From NCBI GenBank assembly GCA_049599475.1, contig JBMYOQ010000104.1, positions 1 to 12,246 on the forward strand: a stretch of DNA of 12,246 nucleotides. Direction: 5' to 3'. Below the pieces are notes generated by a model that made no database searches, had not been told where the DNA came from, and saw only the letters and a program-made list of their open reading frames with translations. Source of the DNA: Opitutales bacterium. GTDB taxonomy: Bacteria; Verrucomicrobiota; Verrucomicrobiia; Opitutales; JABSRG01. The position numbers were made by a program, and so were the translations under genes. Below are positions 8,488 through 12,246 of the stretch, piece by piece (position 1 is the first letter of the stretch; the number at the start of each line of letters is the position of its first letter).

Positions 8488-8508
8488 ACTACCCATTCTT
8501 TACGTAGT
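8488..8508. promoter_or_regulatory. Candidate NarL/LuxR-family operator ACTACCCAT-TCT-TTACGTAGT
   Basis: Dyad ACTAC..GTAGT containing TACCCAT, which matches the E. coli NarL heptamer TACYYMT; about 180 bp upstream of the kinase start. Confidence 0.3.
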
Positions 8509-8686
8509 AACGGATTATTATATCGGGTAAATCATCACCATTCAGCTTAAATCCCTCACCTCCCAATCTTCTAAAACAATCACCACCTCCCTCTAGCACA
8601 AACTTTGACCCGCTAGACGAAAGCCATCACCACAGGCTTACGTACAGCACTCTGTTTCAGTTTTGGCATCCAAAGGCGACCATACT

Positions 8687-10741
8687 ATGGATACCGTGAG
8701 ATTCAGATCCCTACCTTCTTGGTTCATCAAGACATGCCTCATTGCCGTTTTGGCGCTCGGGGGCATTGGCTTTCTTTCGATGCGTTACATCGACTCCGAC
8801 CAGGTCAATGAGCTCGAAGCGCGTGTCACTGAGATAGATGCCCGCCTGGATAGCATTTCCAGCCTAGCCTATCGAGGAGGCAAAGGGACTATTGGCTACC
8901 ATTCCAAAATATTTGATAAACCAGACGAAAATTTTTCTTTCACAGTAAATTGGAAAAAAGACTACCCTATTGACGAAATTATACTGGTGCCTGTAATCAG
9001 CCAAAGCGGTATCAAGAATTTTAATTCCTTCGGAGTTCCACTGAAGTTCAAGCTCATATGTGGAGCTTCAAACGATCAAAAAGGCACCGTAATCGCACAA
9101 TTTGACGAATCAGATGAGCTGCTGCCGCGACTCTCACCAATCGTAGTCCCCTGCCCCCCAGATACCATCGCCTCCTGGTTGCGCATCGAAGTCGATCGCT
9201 TAAGCGCAAGTCCGAACGGAGATGGATATATCTTCATGCTTTCAGAGATTATGGCATTCAGTGGCCTGCAAAATGTCGCACAAAATGCACAATTACCTAA
9301 CTTATACCAAGAGGATGGCTCCCCTCTTCAGCCTAGAATCATTGGAGACCGTGTCCTAGCCAGCTTGAGAAATGCCCAGGCCAAATCATGGCACCCAATC
9401 AATCTAGTCGACGGACATACACCGTACGTAATGAATTCCAACAGAGGCACGGGAAGTTCATCAGTCTTGAGCAAGGCCATCAAGGATCACCCCGCATGGA
9501 TCACCATCGACCTCGGAGATCAATACTTGATCGATTCAGTGCAGATGCACACAGCTCAATCTTTGGCGACCATTCCTGTAAATTTCGATGAAGTTTATGC
9601 ATTGCCTCGTTTCCTCGAGATTCAGATATCAAACGACCCAGACTTCTCTGAGGCTACTATAGTGAGACGCTTACGCTATCGCAGTGACTATGAATCCGGC
9701 CCAATAAATGTAGCACGATTCTCACCCACAAAGGGAAGATACATTCGCCTGGTGGCACAGGAGAGACACCGCGAAGTGACGGTTACCTACGGGTTCTCAG
9801 AGATCGAAGTGTATTCTGGATACACCAATGTCGCGCTCAAAAAACCCATAAGCATCAACTACGAGCTCATTGATGATAAACAAAAGCTTGAGGCCTTGAA
9901 CGATGGTAAAAACCTATTTGGTGAAGTCATACCTATCCGACAATGGCTAAATGAACTTTATGAGAGGCATGAATTAGAGAATGAGCGGCCGACTATTATT
10001 GCCGCACTAGGAGTTCTCTACACGCGCCAAAAACAATGGGTTATCGCTCTCTTTGTGATCGTTGTTCTGCTAATAATCGCAATTGTTTACGCGATCTACT
10101 CCGGCGAGCGCATGCGCAAACGCGCCATTCAGCAAACGCGCAATCGTATCGCAGCCGATCTTCACGATGAATTCAGCGCAAATGTCCACGCGATCCGTAT
10201 TATGGGCAAATACGCTGAAAGTTTAGCCAACACCCCCGAGAAACAACTCCCGGTCTTACGCCGCCTCCAACAAGCTGCAGACGAAACTGTAAAATCCACG
10301 AAACACTATACTAATATCTTAGAGTCGGAGGAACTATGCCTCGATTTCGCAACGGATGCACGCGAGATACTACATAAGCTCCTACCAGATCTGGATACAC
10401 ATATCTCCATTGACGACGAAGAAATCCTAAAGCGGATGGATAAGGACACTCGCATAGACCTATTCCTTTTCTACAAAGAGTGTATCACAAATATATTACG
10501 CCACTCAAAAGCATCTTCTGTAAACGTAAGCATCAAGGTAGACGAGAGCCAATTACATCTCAAAATCGAGGACAATGGCCTAGGGATACAGGGCCAAAAA
10601 GAAGGTTTTGTGCCTCAGTCACTGCGCCGACGCGTTCGCTATATGCGTGCAAAAATTGAGAGTTTTTCGCCCCAAAACGGAGGCACCTGCATTTACCTAC
10701 AGGTTCCACTCCCCCATTCAACACTAATGCCCGCAAGATAA
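8687..10741 (+). CDS. Membrane sensor histidine kinase (HisKA_3/HATPase_c) with extracytoplasmic F5/8 type C (discoidin/CBM32-like) modules
   Basis: Two TM segments; discoidin-type motifs LVDG, WITIDLG, GRYIRL, FSEIEVY; H-box RIAADLHDE (His codon 10163-10165); N-box ECITNILRHS; G1 box IEDNGLG; C-terminal GGT. ATG 8687 preferred over TTG 8663. Confidence 0.92.
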   Translation: MDTVRFRSLPSWFIKTCLIAVLALGGIGFLSMRYIDSDQVNELEARVTEIDARLDSISSLAYRGGKGTIGYHSKIFDKPDENFSFTVNWKKDYPIDEIILVPVISQSGIKNFNSFGVPLKFKLICGASNDQKGTVIAQFDESDELLPRLSPIVVPCPPDTIASWLRIEVDRLSASPNGDGYIFMLSEIMAFSGLQNVAQNAQLPNLYQEDGSPLQPRIIGDRVLASLRNAQAKSWHPINLVDGHTPYVMNSNRGTGSSSVLSKAIKDHPAWITIDLGDQYLIDSVQMHTAQSLATIPVNFDEVYALPRFLEIQISNDPDFSEATIVRRLRYRSDYESGPINVARFSPTKGRYIRLVAQERHREVTVTYGFSEIEVYSGYTNVALKKPISINYELIDDKQKLEALNDGKNLFGEVIPIRQWLNELYERHELENERPTIIAALGVLYTRQKQWVIALFVIVVLLIIAIVYAIYSGERMRKRAIQQTRNRIAADLHDEFSANVHAIRIMGKYAESLANTPEKQLPVLRRLQQAADETVKSTKHYTNILESEELCLDFATDAREILHKLLPDLDTHISIDDEEILKRMDKDTRIDLFLFYKECITNILRHSKASSVNVSIKVDESQLHLKIEDNGLGIQGQKEGFVPQSLRRRVRYMRAKIESFSPQNGGTCIYLQVPLPHSTLMPAR

Positions 10742-11386
10742 ATGACTCCGATACAAGTAACTATAATCGAAGACAACGCAGTATTTCGTGAGAGTATATC
10801 CATGATCATTGAAGGTTCGGACGCCTACACTCTAATCAAAGCGTATTCCAATGCCGAATACGCCATACATGATCTTAGAGATGAAGTAATCGCTCCAGAT
10901 GTTATCCTCCTTGATTTGAGACTCCCCGGAATGACTGGCTCAGTCGCACTCCCAAAAATCAAAGCTCTCAACAAAGATCACAAAGTTATCATCTTAACTC
11001 AATCCAACGCCGAGAAGGACCTTTTGAGCTGTATGCATCAGGGAGCCGCAGGCTATCTCCTGAAAAGTGCGAGCCCTGAGGAAATTCTCGAAGCCATCAA
11101 GTATGTCCATACAGGAGGGGTCATCATCGATCCGAAAGTAGCTCAGTATATTCTAGACTTCATGAGCACAATACCTCAGGCCACAGAAGCTGAAAACGTC
11201 TTGTCGCCCAGAGAAACAGAAGTACTCAGACTCCTAGCCGAAGGATATCTGAAAAAGGAAATCTCGGATAAGCTAGATATAGCCTTTTCAACGGTAGACT
11301 ATCACGTGAAACACATCTACGGCAAACTCGACGTGAAGAACGCCCCAGCAGCCGTGGCCCAAGCCTATCGCAAAGGTTTTCTATAG
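10742..11386 (+). CDS. NarL/FixJ-family DNA-binding response regulator (receiver + LuxR HTH)
   Basis: IIEDN acidic pocket, VILLDLRLPG phospho-acceptor Asp, ILT, GYLLK; LSPRETEVLRLLAEG..KEISDKLDIAFSTVDYHVKHIYGKL LuxR HTH. The ATG immediately follows the kinase TAA (TAAATG), suggesting translational coupling. Confidence 0.97.
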   Translation: MTPIQVTIIEDNAVFRESISMIIEGSDAYTLIKAYSNAEYAIHDLRDEVIAPDVILLDLRLPGMTGSVALPKIKALNKDHKVIILTQSNAEKDLLSCMHQGAAGYLLKSASPEEILEAIKYVHTGGVIIDPKVAQYILDFMSTIPQATEAENVLSPRETEVLRLLAEGYLKKEISDKLDIAFSTVDYHVKHIYGKLDVKNAPAAVAQAYRKGFL

Positions 11387-11449
11387 GAATGATATCTGTC
11401 CGCACACGAATATCGATTCTCACGAGTCCTGATATTTTTAAAACATATC

Positions 11450-11476
11450 GGTAGGGGACGGCGTCTCGCCGGCCCT
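11450..11476 (+). repeat. GTAG-type REP-like palindrome
   Basis: GGTAG followed by an imperfect GC-rich stem AGGG-GA-CGGCG-TCT-CGCCG-G-CCCT, located between convergent genes. Confidence 0.6.
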
Positions 11477-11499
11477 CAGGGAGCCCGGTCAACCGAGGA

Positions 11500-11640
11500 C
11501 AGACTGTCTCAAAACTTGGATAAATCTCTATCTGGGCAGCGCTCGCTCACCGAGCGAGCATGGCTCGGCTTTAGCCGCTTTTAGCTAACGCGCTCATGCC
11601 GGATACGGTGATCCGGCGCCACCATTTTAGAGACAGCCTC
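11500..11640. mobile_element. 141-bp MITE-like non-autonomous element with imperfect terminal inverted repeats and AGGA target duplication
   Basis: Left end CAGACTGTCTCAAAA vs reverse complement of right end GAGGCTGTCTCTAAA (12/15 match); AGGA at 11496-11499 and 11641-11644; removing the element restores the hairpin CAACCG-AGGA-CGGTTG. Confidence 0.7.
11535..11623. repeat. Inverted pair of REP-like palindromes (REPIN-like) inside the MITE
   Basis: GGCAGC-GCTCGCTC-ACC-GAGCGAGC (11535-11559, +) and GGTGGC-GCCGGAT-CACCGT-ATCCGGC (11623-11598, -); shared frame GGYRGCGC-N4-TCACCG, and both are followed by ATG. Confidence 0.65.
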
Positions 11641-11778
11641 AGGACGGTTGCCCCGCCCCTTAAGGTTCAAACATTTCGGGATTCGGTAAGAAGGCACAGA
11701 GTCCGCATAAGTTTGCTACCAACGAATCCAGCCCGCAATCAAGATGACAGCCCCACGGGCTTAACAACATATTCCGAC

Positions 11779-12246
11779 TTAGAGATCTCTTTGCGGGTTA
11801 TCCGCTCTCAATGCCGAGAATGCGAGGCTCGCTGCTATAATCGCTGATACTGCGAAGCCTGACCGGTAGCCTCCGAATAGGTATTGAAATACGCTAAACA
11901 GAAATGGGCCAATGGCACTAGCTACGACCACGGTAGTCATGAATACTCCCTGAATCGCGCCAATATGTGTCCGTCCAAAAAATCGCGGGTAGACGATGGT
12001 GGATAAGCTGCCAAAACAACCACCAGACACTCCGAAGCCAATGACGTGCATCCAAAAGACCTTTGGGTAATCCCCGATTAAGAGGGCTACGGATCCCAAG
12101 AACGCGCCTAATGCCATCAACAGGAGCAGGTATTTCACACGAACAAAGGATAGATCCGTAAGCCACGCTACAACAAATCCCGTGCATACAGCTACACCTG
12201 CGGTGGGCACAAATAGGCCCAAAATATATTCACGGCTCAACCCCAG
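11779..12246 (-). CDS. MFS transporter, C-terminal part (5' end outside window)
   Basis: Several consecutive hydrophobic helices; RFFGRTHIGAIQG and ASAIGPFLFS motifs typical of the MFS C-terminal half; the reading frame is open to the window edge. Confidence 0.85.
   Translation of the reverse strand: MGLSREYILGLFVPTAGVAVCTGFVVAWLTDLSFVRVKYLLLLMALGAFLGSVALLIGDYPKVFWMHVIGFGVSGGCFGSLSTIVYPRFFGRTHIGAIQGVFMTTVVVASAIGPFLFSVFQYLFGGYRSGFAVSAIIAASLAFSALRADNPQRDL

Noticed and set aside
11409..11440. Weak hairpin AATATC-GATTC..GAGTC-CT-GATATT plus T-run after the regulator stop
   Set aside because: AT-rich bulged stem, too weak to call as a terminator with confidence.
11450..11660. CRISPR array or tRNA interpretation of the palindrome cluster
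   Set aside because: No identical direct repeats with regular spacers, no cas genes, and no cloverleaf or T-loop consensus.
11226..11847. ORFs 11226-11492 (-) and 11596-11847 (+)
   Set aside because: They run through REP/MITE palindromes and antisense to real genes; no transposase or other motifs.

Overview
A 12.2-kb bacterial carbohydrate-utilisation-type locus. The gene content (SHD1-like module, discoidin-domain HisKA_3 kinase, secreted Cys-type sulfatases) suggests the PVC superphylum, probably Verrucomicrobiota; this is inference only. The minus strand carries a ~1600-aa secreted, C-terminally anchored modular protein (SHD1-like, fascin-like beta-trefoil, two Pectate_lyase_3-type beta-helices, two related beta-sandwich modules, FN3) followed by two S1 sulfatases. 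A two-component pair (F5/8-type-C-like sensor kinase plus NarL/LuxR regulator) is divergently transcribed on the plus strand, and the 3' end of an MFS transporter converges from the right. Two non-coding structures stand out. (1) A 141-bp MITE-like element (11500-11640) with terminal inverted repeats and an AGGA duplication sits in the loop of a REP-like hairpin and itself carries an inverted REP-like pair. (2) Four consecutive hairpins ending in an intrinsic terminator (about 8026-8186, minus strand) lie upstream of the large gene, a candidate sRNA or leader RNA.
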